Shown: positions 43,762 to 54,388 of the stretch, one piece after another
How the letters are laid out: every line of letters begins with the position of its first letter
Position numbering within the stretch: the first letter of the stretch is position 1
NCBI GenBank assembly: GCA_963734535.1
Contig: CAVTHS010000007.1
Coordinates: forward strand, 64,001-128,000
Reading direction: 5' to 3'
Source: an uncultured Chloroflexia bacterium
GTDB lineage: Bacteria; Chloroflexota; Limnocylindria; Limnocylindrales; CSP1-4
Length of the DNA: 64,000 bases
Position numbers and translations under genes: made by a program
Notes under the pieces: generated by a model
Seen by the model: the letters and a program-made list of their open reading frames with translations, nothing else
Databases searched by the model: none
What the model was told of the DNA's origin: nothing

Positions 43762-43793
43762 CCATCGGCTCGTTCGGGCTAGGCTCGCACCCG

Positions 43794-44375
43794 ATGCCGA
43801 ACACGCCGCGACCCCGCCGCCCGGGCGGCCACGCCCGCGTCACGACCGCGAGCCTGGAGGCCATGGCCGACGACGTCCTGCTCGCCCCGGTCGCGGCCGC
43901 GCGGAACCGTATCCAGAACCCGCGCGAGCTGTCCGACCGGGTGGCCTTCGGCAAGGCGCTCTGGCGCGAGCTCGTGATCGGGTTCGCGGCGCAGCTTGGC
44001 GAGGTGCGCCTCGGCTTCACGCAGCTCGCCGCGCTCTACGCGCTCGCGGACGGCGGCACCACGACGATCGTCGACCTGGCTGACACGCTCAACCGATCGC
44101 CGTCGGCGACGTCGCGCCTGGTCGACGGCCTGGAGCGCCGGCGCCTCCTCGAACGCCGCGCCGAGATCGACGACCGGCGGATGCGCTCCGTCTGGCTCAC
44201 GGAGCGCGGACGCGCGCTCCTCGCCGTCATCGACCGATCGCGTGCGGACCAGTTCCTCGCGGTGGTCCGGCCACTGCCCGCCAACGAGCGGGCGATCGTG
44301 GCCATGGGCGTGGCCGCGCTCGCGACTCGCGCGGTCTCCCGCCGCGGGCGGCTCATCAAGCAGCGGCCGGAGTAG
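43794..44375 (+). CDS. MarR family transcriptional regulator
   Basis: DLADTLNRSPSATSRLVDGLERRRLL...DDRRMRSVWLTERG. Confidence 0.88.
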   Translation: MPNTPRPRRPGGHARVTTASLEAMADDVLLAPVAAARNRIQNPRELSDRVAFGKALWRELVIGFAAQLGEVRLGFTQLAALYALADGGTTTIVDLADTLNRSPSATSRLVDGLERRRLLERRAEIDDRRMRSVWLTERGRALLAVIDRSRADQFLAVVRPLPANERAIVAMGVAALATRAVSRRGRLIKQRPE

Positions 44376-44422
44376 GCGCCAGGGCCAGCCGCCTTCAGCC
44401 CCCGGAGTCGGTGGTCACCCGC

Positions 44423-44734
44423 TCAGCCGCCGCGGCGGGTGACCAGCTCCTGTGCCAGGGCGGCGATCGTCAGAAGCGTCGGGATCAGGACGAGGGCGGC
44501 GACCATCAGGAAGAGGAGCCGGAGGTTGCGTCGCTCGTCGGCCCGACGTTCGTCGGTCGCCTCATCCTCGCCACCCGGCGCGAAGTAGGCGTCCAGGCCG
44601 CGGGGTCGGTCCGGCGCCGTGTAGATCGCTCCCGGTTCGGCGGCGGCTGAGGCGGCGGGGCCGGCGGCTGGCGCGGCGGCTGGGGCGGCCGCGGGCACGA
44701 TCTCGGGGCCAGGCAGGTGGTTCTCGTTGGTCAC
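44423..44734 (-). CDS. Small hypothetical protein with C-terminal TM helix
   Basis: 103-aa ORF with hydrophobic C-terminus. Confidence 0.55.
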   Translation of the reverse strand: MTNENHLPGPEIVPAAAPAAAPAAGPAASAAAEPGAIYTAPDRPRGLDAYFAPGGEDEATDERRADERRNLRLLFLMVAALVLIPTLLTIAALAQELVTRRGG

Positions 44735-44783
44735 GATGCCATCATGCGCCGCCGCGGTCCTGGCCGCTGCCGGCGTGGCGGGA

Positions 44784-45713
44784 TCAGCCGAGTCGCTCGC
44801 GGAGCGGTACGGCGACCTCGCCGGCGACGGCGGCCAGCCCGCCGGGAGCCACGGTCGCAGGGAGGCCGAGGATCACGTGGTTGGCCCCGGCCCGGACGAA
44901 CCGGCGGCCGACGCCGAGTGCCGCCGCGCGGTCGGCCGGCGTTGCGCCGCAGCTGAGCTGGGCCGCGAAGGCGAAGTCGTCGGGGTCGCGCCCGGCCGAC
45001 GCGAGGGCGCGCCGGATCTCGTCGCGCTTCTCGACGAAGTAGGCGACATCGCCGGGCCGGTTGCCGGGCATCGGCCAGCCATCCGCATACCGCACGGCGA
45101 GGGCGATCCCGCGCCGCCGCTGGCCGCCGAGCCAGATCGGCGGGCCGCCGGGCCGCAGGGGAGGCGGCTCGTTCGTGGCGCCGTGCAGCGGGTAGGACGG
45201 ATCGTCGACGTGCACGCCGGGGGCGGTCCGTGCCGCGTCCGAGAACAGCGCGGCGATCGTCCGGACGGCACTCTCGTATCGGTCGAAGCGCTCCGCGATC
45301 GGCGGCAGCGGGATGCCGAACGCGTCGTGCTCGCCCTCGTGCCAGCCGGCGCCGATTCCGAGGATGAATCGCCCGCCCGTCACGTGATCGAGCACCGTCG
45401 CGGCCTTCGCCACGATCGCGGGGTGGCGGAACGTGTTGGCGAGCACCGCGATGCCGATCCACTTGCCAGGCACGCGGTGGGCGAGCGCGGCCGCCATGGT
45501 CAGGGACTCCAGCGCGGGACCGCCGTGCGGCTGGTTCGCGTCCGAGAGGTGGTCGCTCATCCAGCCCGCGTCGAGGGCGTCGATCTCGCCGGCGAGCGCC
45601 CACGTCTCGTCGAGCCGTGTCCAGTCGGTGCCCGCCGCGCCGGTCGCGGCGATCCGGAAGCCGACCAGGCCAGGGCGTCGCGACGAGGGCGCCTCGAGGG
45701 ACGGATGCGTCAC
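44784..45713 (-). CDS. LLM-class flavin (possibly F420)-dependent oxidoreductase
   Basis: WMSDH, NTFRHPAIVAKAATVLDHVTGGRFILGIGAGW, PPIWLGG. Confidence 0.88.
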   Translation of the reverse strand: MTHPSLEAPSSRRPGLVGFRIAATGAAGTDWTRLDETWALAGEIDALDAGWMSDHLSDANQPHGGPALESLTMAAALAHRVPGKWIGIAVLANTFRHPAIVAKAATVLDHVTGGRFILGIGAGWHEGEHDAFGIPLPPIAERFDRYESAVRTIAALFSDAARTAPGVHVDDPSYPLHGATNEPPPLRPGGPPIWLGGQRRRGIALAVRYADGWPMPGNRPGDVAYFVEKRDEIRRALASAGRDPDDFAFAAQLSCGATPADRAAALGVGRRFVRAGANHVILGLPATVAPGGLAAVAGEVAVPLRERLG

Positions 45714-45735
45714 GGCGGTTCCCCTCGGCCCCGGA

Positions 45736-47475
45736 TCACGCGTTCGGAAGGCTCGCCCGGAGCCGCGCGCCGGTGGTGATCGCCCCGTCCGACGCCGAGG
45801 AGACCAGCGCCGCGTACTTCGCCATCACGCCCCCACGGTAGGGTGGGGGAGGTGGCGACCACGCCGCGCGCCGGGCAGCCAGCTCGGCCGCGTCCACCAG
45901 CAGGTCCATCGCCTTGCGATCGACGTCGATCTCGATCTCGTCTCCCTCCCGGACGAGGGCGATCGGCCCGCCGAGCGCGGCCTCGGGCGCGACGTGGCCC
46001 ACCATCAGGCCGTGCGTGCCGCCGGAGAACCTGCCATCGGTGAGGAGCGCGACCTGGTCGCCCAGGCCCTCACCGACGAGAGCGGCCGTGACGCTGAGCA
46101 TCTCCTGCATCCCCGGCCCGCCGACCGGACCCTCGTAGCGGATCACGATCACGTCGCCGGGCCGGATCGTGCCGGCCTTGACCGCCGCGAAGCAGGCCGT
46201 CTCCGAGTCGAAGACGCGGGCCGGGCCGCGCTGGAAACGCCGCTCGTGACCGGCCAGCTTGATGACACAGCCGTCCGGGGCAAGCGAGCCGTGGAGGATC
46301 GTGAGCCCACCGATCGGCTTGATCGGCGTTGCGATCGGCACCACGACCTGCTGCCCGGGGGTCTCGCTCGCCGCGGCGCCGATCTCGGCGATCGTCCGGC
46401 CGTCGAGCGTGGGAGCGTCGCCGTGGAGCAGGTCGCGCGACAGCAGCTCGCGCATGACCAGGGACACGCCACCGGCGTCGTACATCTCGGAGGCGGAGAA
46501 GCGCCCGCCGGGCTTCAGGTCGGCCACGATGGGCGTCCGGTCGGCGATCGTCCCGAAGTCGTCGATCTCGAGCGGGATTCCGGCCTCGCGCGCGATCGCG
46601 AGCAGGTGCAGCACGCCGTTCGTGGAGCCACCCGTGGCCGCCACGGCCGCGATGCCGTTCTCGAGGGCGTGCCGGTCGACGATGGCGGAGGGCCGGACGT
46701 CGCGGCGGACCAGGTCCATGACCAGCTCACCGCACCGGCGGGCAGCCGCGTCCTTCGCGGGATCCTCGGCGGGGATGCCGTTGAGGCCGGCCGGCGAGAG
46801 CCCGATGAACTCCATCACCATGCTCATCGTGTTGGCCGTGTACTGGCCACCGCATGCCCCGGCGCCCGGGCATGCGGCGCTCTCGATCCCATAGAGCTCG
46901 TCGAGGGTGATCGTGCCGGCGCGATAGGCGCCGACGGCCTCGAACACCGTCACGATATCGGCGTTCCTGCCCTTGTAGGTGCCCGGGTAGATCGTGCCGT
47001 TGTAGAGGACCAGGCCCGGCCGGTCGAGCCGGACGAGCGCCATCGCGGCCCCGGGGATCGTCTTGTCGCACCCGACCAGGCAGACCATTCCGTCGAAGAG
47101 GTGGCCGCGAGCCACCAGCTCGATCGAGTCGGCGATCACCTCGCGGCTGACCAGCGACGCCTTCATCCCGTCCGTGCCCATCGAGACGCCGTCGCTGACG
47201 GAGATCGTGTTGAACTCCATCGGCGTGCCGCCGGCCGCGCGGACCCCCTCCTTGACGGACTCCGCCAGCCGGCGCTGGTTGAAGTTGCAGGGCATCGTCT
47301 CGATCCAGGTGGTCGCCACGCCGATCAGCGGGCGGGCCAGGTCCTCGTCGGTGAATCCGATCGCCTTGAGCATGGCGCGTGCCGCCGCGCGGTCCGGCCC
47401 GTCGGTCAGCGCCGCGCTGTAGCGCTTGGCCGGATCGCTCGGCAGGTTGTATGGATGAGTCGCACGGTCGGTCAT
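45736..47475 (-). CDS. ilvD: Dihydroxy-acid dehydratase
   Basis: [36 protein letters not shown]. Confidence 0.95.
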   Translation of the reverse strand: MTDRATHPYNLPSDPAKRYSAALTDGPDRAAARAMLKAIGFTDEDLARPLIGVATTWIETMPCNFNQRRLAESVKEGVRAAGGTPMEFNTISVSDGVSMGTDGMKASLVSREVIADSIELVARGHLFDGMVCLVGCDKTIPGAAMALVRLDRPGLVLYNGTIYPGTYKGRNADIVTVFEAVGAYRAGTITLDELYGIESAACPGAGACGGQYTANTMSMVMEFIGLSPAGLNGIPAEDPAKDAAARRCGELVMDLVRRDVRPSAIVDRHALENGIAAVAATGGSTNGVLHLLAIAREAGIPLEIDDFGTIADRTPIVADLKPGGRFSASEMYDAGGVSLVMRELLSRDLLHGDAPTLDGRTIAEIGAAASETPGQQVVVPIATPIKPIGGLTILHGSLAPDGCVIKLAGHERRFQRGPARVFDSETACFAAVKAGTIRPGDVIVIRYEGPVGGPGMQEMLSVTAALVGEGLGDQVALLTDGRFSGGTHGLMVGHVAPEAALGGPIALVREGDEIEIDVDRKAMDLLVDAAELAARRAAWSPPPPPYRGGVMAKYAALVSSASDGAITTGARLRASLPNA

Positions 47476-47592
47476 CGAGCGGGTCCTCGCGGCTGGCGGT
47501 TGGTGATCGGGTCACGGAGCGACGAAGGTGCGGTGGCGTCGCGAAGTGTACGGCGCCGCCGCCCGGGGCCGGGGTGCCCGAGCTCGCGCGCG

Positions 47593-48786
47593 TCAGTGCA
47601 GGCAGGCCCCGGTGTCCGCGGCGGCAGTCCGGCCGAGCATCGGGTTGACTCGGTCGGCCACGGCGAGCGGGTCGAGCGCGTAGCCGACCCCCGCGTCGGT
47701 CCGCGATTCGGCGAAGACCACGCCGCCCACCGTCCCGTCCGCCAGCACGAGCGGGCCGCCGCTGTCGCCGGGCTCGACCGGCGCGCGCAGCTCCAGGATG
47801 TCGCGGATCACGATGTGGGTGGCATACAGGTCCCGGCCCCGGGCGCGGATCTCGGCCGACACGGCCGCCGGGATCACGGTCAGGGCGCCGCCGTTCGGAT
47901 GCCCGAGCGCCGCCCCGACCGTTCCACGCCCGGGGGCGGAACCGGCGAGCACGAGGGGCCGGAAGACCAGGTCGGGCGTCCTGACGAGCGCGAGGTCGAG
48001 CTCGGGATCGAAGAGCACGACGACCCCGCGACTGCGATGACCCGTCACGTCCGAGGTCACCGCCACGCTCGAGGCCCCCGCAACGACGTGGGCGTTGGTG
48101 ACCACGAAGCTCGGGGCAACGGCGAACCCGGTGCCGGTCAGGATCTGGCCGCATGCCTGCGCGTCCACCCGGACGACGCTCTCGCGGGCCGGCGCCGCGA
48201 TCTGCTCGGCGGTCGCCCGGCCAGGCACGGGGACGGCTGGCGCCGGCTGGGGCTCCAGGCCGCTGAACACCTGCGGCAGGCCGGAGGCGTCGATGAGGCC
48301 CCCCAGCTCGCCGGCCACCTCGGACGGCGGGGGTAGAACGCCCAGGAGCGCCCGCACGGCGGCGCTCCGCTGGGACTCGCGGGCGAGCGACGGGAACGGG
48401 CCGGTCGCGAGGAGGCCCCCGATGAGCCACGCGAGCACGAGCGCCTGGGCGACGCCGAAGGCGGCGCCGAGCACGGCGTCGAGCCGATTGGCGACCCCGC
48501 GCCCGAGCCGGTCACGAAGCCCGGCACCGAGCGTCGACCCGATCGCCTCGGCAGTCGCGACGACGAGGAACGCCCCCCCGAAGGCGAGGAACGCACGGAT
48601 TGGGGCGTCGAAGCGGTCGATGGCGCCCGCGACAGCCGGCGCCAGGAGCACGACGGCCGCGATCCCCACGGCCGCGCCCGCCAGGCCGAGGACCTGTGGG
48701 ATTGCGCCGGAGCGCCAGCCGAGCACCGCGGCGACGACGACGATCGAGATGACCGCGAGATCGACGAGGTTGACGGGAAGGTCCAC
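47593..48786 (-). CDS. MarP-family membrane serine protease (CvpA plus trypsin-like domain)
   Basis: Four N-terminal TM helices; TNAHVV, DLAL, GDSGGP. Confidence 0.88.
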   Translation of the reverse strand: MDLPVNLVDLAVISIVVVAAVLGWRSGAIPQVLGLAGAAVGIAAVVLLAPAVAGAIDRFDAPIRAFLAFGGAFLVVATAEAIGSTLGAGLRDRLGRGVANRLDAVLGAAFGVAQALVLAWLIGGLLATGPFPSLARESQRSAAVRALLGVLPPPSEVAGELGGLIDASGLPQVFSGLEPQPAPAVPVPGRATAEQIAAPARESVVRVDAQACGQILTGTGFAVAPSFVVTNAHVVAGASSVAVTSDVTGHRSRGVVVLFDPELDLALVRTPDLVFRPLVLAGSAPGRGTVGAALGHPNGGALTVIPAAVSAEIRARGRDLYATHIVIRDILELRAPVEPGDSGGPLVLADGTVGGVVFAESRTDAGVGYALDPLAVADRVNPMLGRTAAADTGACLH

Positions 48787-48916
48787 GCGCAGATTGTGGC
48801 GCCCGCGACCTCGCCGCGCGATGATTGCGCCGCGACCAGGTCTCGACGACGCGCGGATTCGGCGTGCAGGCTCCGGTCCAACGGACCGGCCATCCAGCGA
48901 AGGAGTGCCCGATCAC

Positions 48917-49588
48917 ATGCCCTGGCATCACCGGCTCGACGTGCTCCGGACGATCCTGGACGTCGGCGCCGTCCCCACCTTCGTCGCACCCGACCCGGAC
49001 TCCGCCTTCGCGTTCGTGGCGGGCTGTCGCGACGGCGGGGCACGCGTCGTCGAGTTCACGAACCGGGGAGAGTTCGCGTACGCGACGTTCGCGGACCTGG
49101 CACGCCGCGTCAGCCGGGAGCTGCCCGACGTGATCCTGGGTGCCGGCACGATCATCGATGCGCCGACCGCGGCACTCTTCATCGCGGCGGGTGCGAGCTT
49201 CATCGTCGGACAGTCGCTCAGCGCCGAGGTCGCGCGGCTCTGCAACCGGCGGCGGATCGCCTACATACCAGGCGCCGGGTCGGCCACCGAGATCGCGATG
49301 GCCGAGGAGCTGGGCTGCGAGATCGTGAAGCTCTTCCCGGCGGCCGCGTTCGACGGGCCGGCGTTCGTGCGCAACTTCCTGGCGCCCAGCCCGGCGTCCC
49401 GGGTCATGCCCACGAACGTCGAGGCGACCGAGGAGGCAACACGGGCGTGGTTCGCGGCGGGCGCCGCCTGTGTCGGCGTCGGCGGGCACCTCTACCCGGG
49501 CGAGCTGATGCGCGGCGGGGATCGGGCGGCCATCGCGGAGCGGACGCGGACGTTCCTCGGCTGGGTTGGGGCGGCGCGGACCGGGTAG
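48917..49588 (+). CDS. eda: KDPG/KHG aldolase family protein
   Basis: VEFTNR, LGAGTI, IVKLFP. Confidence 0.8.
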   Translation: MPWHHRLDVLRTILDVGAVPTFVAPDPDSAFAFVAGCRDGGARVVEFTNRGEFAYATFADLARRVSRELPDVILGAGTIIDAPTAALFIAAGASFIVGQSLSAEVARLCNRRRIAYIPGAGSATEIAMAEELGCEIVKLFPAAAFDGPAFVRNFLAPSPASRVMPTNVEATEEATRAWFAAGAACVGVGGHLYPGELMRGGDRAAIAERTRTFLGWVGAARTG

Positions 49589-49748
49589 CCCGCCAGCACG
49601 CGACGCGTCTGCGACCGGGTACGCAGGACCGACGCGCCGCGGCGCAGGCGCCGAGCCGTGCCGGATCGCGAATCGGCGGCCGGCCTCGTCGGTCCCGTCC
49701 TGCGCCGCCCGCCCTCACCCGGCCGCTCGCGGGTGCCATGATGCGGAC

Positions 49749-51788
49749 ATGAGCGATCCATTCGATTTCGACCGCATGCTGGCCCTCCCGCGCCTGTCGT
49801 CACTCCGGCTCAGCCCGGATGGCCGGCGTCTCGTGGTCGCCGTGGGGCGACCCGATGCCGAGGGGAAGAAGATGACCACCTCCCTCTGGCAGGTGGACCC
49901 TGCCGATGCGGTCGCGGCGCGGCGGCTCACCCGCTCCGTCGCCGGGGAGACGGGCGGGGCTGCGTTCGCGCCCGACGGCTCGCTCCTCTTCACGTCCAGC
50001 CGGCCCGATCCCGACGCGAAGCCCGACCCGGAGAAGCCGATCCAGGCGCTCTGGCTGCTTCCCCCGGACGGCGGGGAGGCGCGCATGCTCGTCGCGCCCG
50101 AGGGTGGCGTCGACGGCCTCGTGGTGGCGCGCCAGGCGCCGGTCGTCGTGTTCGGGAGCGGTGTCCACGTTGGGGCGACGACGTTTGCCGAGGATGCCGA
50201 GCGCGCCAAGGCACGCAAGGACGCCGGGGTGACGGCCCTCCTCTTCGAGAACGACTACCCGGTCCGCCACTGGGACCACTGGCTGGCCCCGCGGCGCCGG
50301 CACCTGTTCGCGGCCGACCTGCCGCCTGGGCCGGAGTCGCGGCTGGCCGCACCCCGCGATCTCGAGCGCGACCCGTCCACGTTCGCCTTCGAGGACACGG
50401 GCGCCGACATCACCCCCGATGGGCGGACCGTCATCGCCTCGCGGAACGACCCGAGCGCGATGCCCGAGATGCGCGAGGACCTGGTCGCCTATGACGTCGC
50501 AACGGGTGAGGCGCGCGTGCTTACGTCCGGCGACGCGTGGTACGACGCGCCCGCCTGTTCACCGGACGGTCGGAGCGTGGCTGCGCTCCGCGTGACCCGC
50601 GGGGCCCCGGACACGGCCCAGCGTGTCGGGCTCGTGGTCATCGACCTCGCGACAGGCGCGCAGCGGCCGATCGCCGCGGGCTTGGACCGCTGGCCTGACG
50701 GACCCGTCTGGTCGCCCGACAGCCGGGCCATCTTCTTCACCGCCGACGACGACGGGCACGCTGCCGTCTACCGCGTCGAGATCGGCGGCGACGACGACGG
50801 GCGCGTCTCTCGCCTGGCGTGCGACGGCGCCTGCTCCGACCTGTGTCCGACGCCGGACGGAACCGCGCTCTACGCGCTCCGCTCGACGATGGCCTCCCCT
50901 CCGCGGGTCGTGCGGCTGGACGCGCACGCGATCGACCAGGCACCCGTCGAGCTCGCGAACTCGATCGACGAGGCCGGCATCGTGGCGCCCGGGATCGTGG
51001 AGCGGCTCACCGCGACCGCGGCCGACGGGACGACGATCGGGTCGTGGCTGATCCGGCCCGCCGATGCCTCTGCCGAGGCGCCTGCGCCGCTCGTCGCCTT
51101 CGTCCACGGCGGCCCGCTCGGCTCGTGGAACTCGTGGCACTGGCGATGGAACGCGCACATCCTCGTCTCCCGAGGCTACGCGGTCATCGGGCCGGACCCG
51201 GCGATCTCGCTCGGATACGGCCAGGCGATGATCCAGCGCGGCTGGGTGGACTGGGGCGCGGCGCCCTTCACGGACGTGATGACCGCGATCGACGGCGCGC
51301 TCGAGCGCCCCGACCTCGACGCCTCGCGGACGGCGCTCATGGGCGGCTCGTTCGGCGGCTACATGGCGAACTGGGTGGCCGGGCACACGGACCGCTTCCG
51401 GGCGATCGTGACGCACGCCAGCCTCTGGGAGCTGCGCGGATTCCACGGCACGACGGACACCGGCGCCCTCTGGGAGTTCGAGATGGGCGACCCGTATCGC
51501 GACCCGTCGCGCTACATCCGCGAATCGCCCAGCGAGCACATCGGCACGATCGCGACGCCGATGCTGGTCATCCATGGCGAGCAGGACTTCCGGGTCCCCG
51601 TGAGCGAGGCGCTGCGCCTCTGGACGGACCTGCGGCGCCACGGGGTGGCCGCGAAGCTCCTCTACTTCCCGGACGAGAATCACTGGATCCTCAAGCCCGC
51701 GAACGCGCGCCTCTGGTATGCGACGGTCCTCGCGTTCCTCGACGAGCACGTTCTCGGGAAGCCCTTCGAGCGGCCGCCGCTGCTCTGA
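49749..51788 (+). CDS. S9 family peptidase (acylaminoacyl/dipeptidyl peptidase)
   Basis: Beta-propeller repeats; VHGGP, GGSFGG, DFRV, ENHW. Confidence 0.92.
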   Translation: MSDPFDFDRMLALPRLSSLRLSPDGRRLVVAVGRPDAEGKKMTTSLWQVDPADAVAARRLTRSVAGETGGAAFAPDGSLLFTSSRPDPDAKPDPEKPIQALWLLPPDGGEARMLVAPEGGVDGLVVARQAPVVVFGSGVHVGATTFAEDAERAKARKDAGVTALLFENDYPVRHWDHWLAPRRRHLFAADLPPGPESRLAAPRDLERDPSTFAFEDTGADITPDGRTVIASRNDPSAMPEMREDLVAYDVATGEARVLTSGDAWYDAPACSPDGRSVAALRVTRGAPDTAQRVGLVVIDLATGAQRPIAAGLDRWPDGPVWSPDSRAIFFTADDDGHAAVYRVEIGGDDDGRVSRLACDGACSDLCPTPDGTALYALRSTMASPPRVVRLDAHAIDQAPVELANSIDEAGIVAPGIVERLTATAADGTTIGSWLIRPADASAEAPAPLVAFVHGGPLGSWNSWHWRWNAHILVSRGYAVIGPDPAISLGYGQAMIQRGWVDWGAAPFTDVMTAIDGALERPDLDASRTALMGGSFGGYMANWVAGHTDRFRAIVTHASLWELRGFHGTTDTGALWEFEMGDPYRDPSRYIRESPSEHIGTIATPMLVIHGEQDFRVPVSEALRLWTDLRRHGVAAKLLYFPDENHWILKPANARLWYATVLAFLDEHVLGKPFERPPLL

Positions 51789-51807
51789 CACCACCCGGGG
51801 GATATCG

Positions 51808-52185
51808 ATGACCGGCGACGACGCGCCCGCAGGCTCGGCACGCGCGCGCTCGACTGCCACGTCGCCGCCCGGACCGGCCGGGCCTGCTCTTCCTGCGCCT
51901 GCGCCTGACCTCGTCGCGCAGGCACCTGGCGACCCGTTCGAGGCGAAGGTGCTGCGAAGCTTCTTCCGTGATGGTCGGCTGGTCTCGATCCCCGCGCAGG
52001 ATCGGAAGAAGCTCGTCGTGCTCCGGCACCTGCTCGAGCGCTGCTTCCCCGAGGATCGGGCCTATCCGGAGAAGGAGGTCAACCAGCGGCTCGCGCTCTT
52101 CCACCCGGACGTGGCCGCGCTGCGACGATACCTCGTGGACTTCGGGCTGATGACCCGCGCATCCGGCGAGTATCGGCGCTCCTGA
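51808..52185 (+). CDS. DUF2087-like protein
   Basis: GRLVSIPAQDRKKLVVL...YPEKEVNQRL...DVAALRRYLVDFGLMTR. Confidence 0.8.
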   Translation: MTGDDAPAGSARARSTATSPPGPAGPALPAPAPDLVAQAPGDPFEAKVLRSFFRDGRLVSIPAQDRKKLVVLRHLLERCFPEDRAYPEKEVNQRLALFHPDVAALRRYLVDFGLMTRASGEYRRS

Positions 52186-52211
52186 GGGCAGCCCGGGGCC
52201 CCGCCGCCCCG

Positions 52212-52865
52212 TCAGGATGCGACAGGCAGCGGCGAACCTTCGAGCGGCGTCTCGAGCCGCGTGTCGACACGGCCCGGGTGCGTGGCCTCCCACGCCCGGA
52301 TCTCCGGCAGCTTCGCCACCACGTAGCCGATCTCGTCGGTGCCGGCGAGCAGCATGCGCTTCGCGAATGGGTCGATCGTGAAGTCGATGGTGGTGCCGTC
52401 CGGCAGGAGGATCCCCTCCTCGGACAGATCCACCGTGAGCTGCGCGTCCGGGTCGGCGGCGACCAGCTCGAAGAGTCGCGCGTGCGTGGTCGCGTCCACC
52501 GCCACCGGCAGGACGCCGTTCTTGAGCGCGTTGTTGCGGAAGATGTCGGCGAACGAGGTGGAGATGATCGTCCGGATCCCCCATGCCGCCAGCGCCCATG
52601 GCGCGTGCTCGCGCGACGAGCCCGCCCCGAAGTTGTCGCCGACGAGCAGGATCGCCCGGCCGGCCATGCCGGGCTGGTCCAGCACGAATCGGGGCTCGCG
52701 GAGCGTCCCGTCCTCGTTGAAGCGCCAGTCGCGGAAGAGGGCGTCGGCGAGGCCGGCCTTGTCGGTGACCTTGAGGTAGCGGGCCGGGACCACCTGGTCC
52801 GTGTCGACGTTCTCCGCGCCGAGCGGGACGACCCGGCTGGTGAACTGGCGGAACGGCTCGCCCAT
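52212..52865 (-). CDS. leuD: 3-isopropylmalate dehydratase small subunit
   Basis: NVDTDQ, NFGAGSSREHA, SFADIFRNN. Confidence 0.95.
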   Translation of the reverse strand: MGEPFRQFTSRVVPLGAENVDTDQVVPARYLKVTDKAGLADALFRDWRFNEDGTLREPRFVLDQPGMAGRAILLVGDNFGAGSSREHAPWALAAWGIRTIISTSFADIFRNNALKNGVLPVAVDATTHARLFELVAADPDAQLTVDLSEEGILLPDGTTIDFTIDPFAKRMLLAGTDEIGYVVAKLPEIRAWEATHPGRVDTRLETPLEGSPLPVAS

Positions 52866-52867
52866 GT

Positions 52868-54316
52868 TCAGCGACCCCCGCCGACCGTCGCCGGCCGCTC
52901 GATTCCCGGGAGCGTCCGCGGATCCGTCACCACGCCGCTGATCGCGCTTGCCGCCGCGGTCATCGGCGAGGCGAGGAACGTTCGCCCACCCTTGCCCTGG
53001 CGACCCTCGAAGTTGCGGTTGCTCGTGCTGATCGCGTACTGGCCGGGCCGCAGCTGGTCGCCGTTCATCGCGATGCACATGGAGCAGCCGGCCTCGCGCC
53101 ACTCCGCACCGGCGGCGCGGAAGACCTCGTGCAGCCCTTCGCGCTCGGCCTGCGCCTTCACCTGCTGGGATCCGGGGACCACCATGAGCCGGACGCCGTC
53201 GGCGACGTGCCGGTCGCGCAGGACGCTCGCGGCGAGCCGGAGGTCGCTGATCCGGCTGTTCGTGCAGCTGCCGATGAACACGACGTCGACCGGCTGGCCG
53301 GCGATGGCCTGACCCGGCTGGAGGTCCATGTATTCGAGCGCATGCTCCAGCGCGCGGCGGGCACCCGGGTCCGCCGCGTCAGCGGGATCGGGAACGCGGC
53401 CGCTCACCGGGATCCCCATCCCCGGGTTCGTCCCGTAGGTCACCATCGGCTCGAGCGCGTCCGCGTCGAGGACGATCGAGCGGTCGAAGACCGCGCCGTC
53501 ATCGGTGGGGAGCGTTCGCCAGCGCGCGACGGCATCGTCCCAGGCGTCGCCCTGCGGGGCGTGGCGGCGACCGCGGAGGTACTCGAAGGTCGTGTCGTCC
53601 GGTGCGATCAGCCCGGCCCGCGCGCCGCCCTCGATGCTCATGTTGCAGATCGTCATCCGCTCCTCCATCGAGAGGGCGCGGATCGCGTCGCCGCGATACT
53701 CGAACACGTGGCCCGTGCCGCCGCCGATCCCGATCCGGGCGATGAGCGCGAGGATCACGTCCTTCGCCCCGACTCCGGGCCGGAGGCGGCCGTCGACCCG
53801 GACCTCGTATGTCTTCGGGTCGCGCTGGAGGAGGGTCTGGGTGGCGAGGACCATCTCGACCTCGCTCGTCCCGATCCCGAAGGCGAGCGCGCCGAACGCG
53901 CCGTGGGTCGCGGTGTGGCTGTCGCCGCAGACGATGGTCATGCCGGGCTGCGTCAGGCCCAGCTCCGGCCCGATCACGTGGACGATCCCCTGCGTGTCCG
54001 ACCCGAGGGCGTGGAGCGGGATCCCGAACTCGCGACAGTTGTCGGTGAGCTGCTGGATCTGGGCGGCGGCCATCTGGTCGACGATCGGGAGGCCCCGCGG
54101 CGTCGTCGGCGTCGAGTGGTCCGCGGTCGCCACGGTCCGATCGGGTCGGCGCACCGCCAGGCCGCGCTCGCGCAGGCCGGTGAACGCCTGCGGGCTGGTC
54201 ACCTCGTGCACGAGGTGGAGGTCGACCGCGAGGACGGCCGGCGATCCTTCATCCTGGGCGATGACGTGGTCGTCCCAGATCTTCTCGACGAGGGTGCGAG
54301 GACGGGGGTCGGACAC
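52868..54316 (-). CDS. leuC: 3-isopropylmalate dehydratase large subunit
   Basis: [37 protein letters not shown]. Confidence 0.95.
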   Translation of the reverse strand: MSDPRPRTLVEKIWDDHVIAQDEGSPAVLAVDLHLVHEVTSPQAFTGLRERGLAVRRPDRTVATADHSTPTTPRGLPIVDQMAAAQIQQLTDNCREFGIPLHALGSDTQGIVHVIGPELGLTQPGMTIVCGDSHTATHGAFGALAFGIGTSEVEMVLATQTLLQRDPKTYEVRVDGRLRPGVGAKDVILALIARIGIGGGTGHVFEYRGDAIRALSMEERMTICNMSIEGGARAGLIAPDDTTFEYLRGRRHAPQGDAWDDAVARWRTLPTDDGAVFDRSIVLDADALEPMVTYGTNPGMGIPVSGRVPDPADAADPGARRALEHALEYMDLQPGQAIAGQPVDVVFIGSCTNSRISDLRLAASVLRDRHVADGVRLMVVPGSQQVKAQAEREGLHEVFRAAGAEWREAGCSMCIAMNGDQLRPGQYAISTSNRNFEGRQGKGGRTFLASPMTAAASAISGVVTDPRTLPGIERPATVGGGR

Positions 54317-54388
54317 GGGGCTCCATCGGCTGCGGGTGCGGGGCAGAAGCGTAGCAAAGCCGCGGGGGTCGGTCCGTCGGACCATGGA

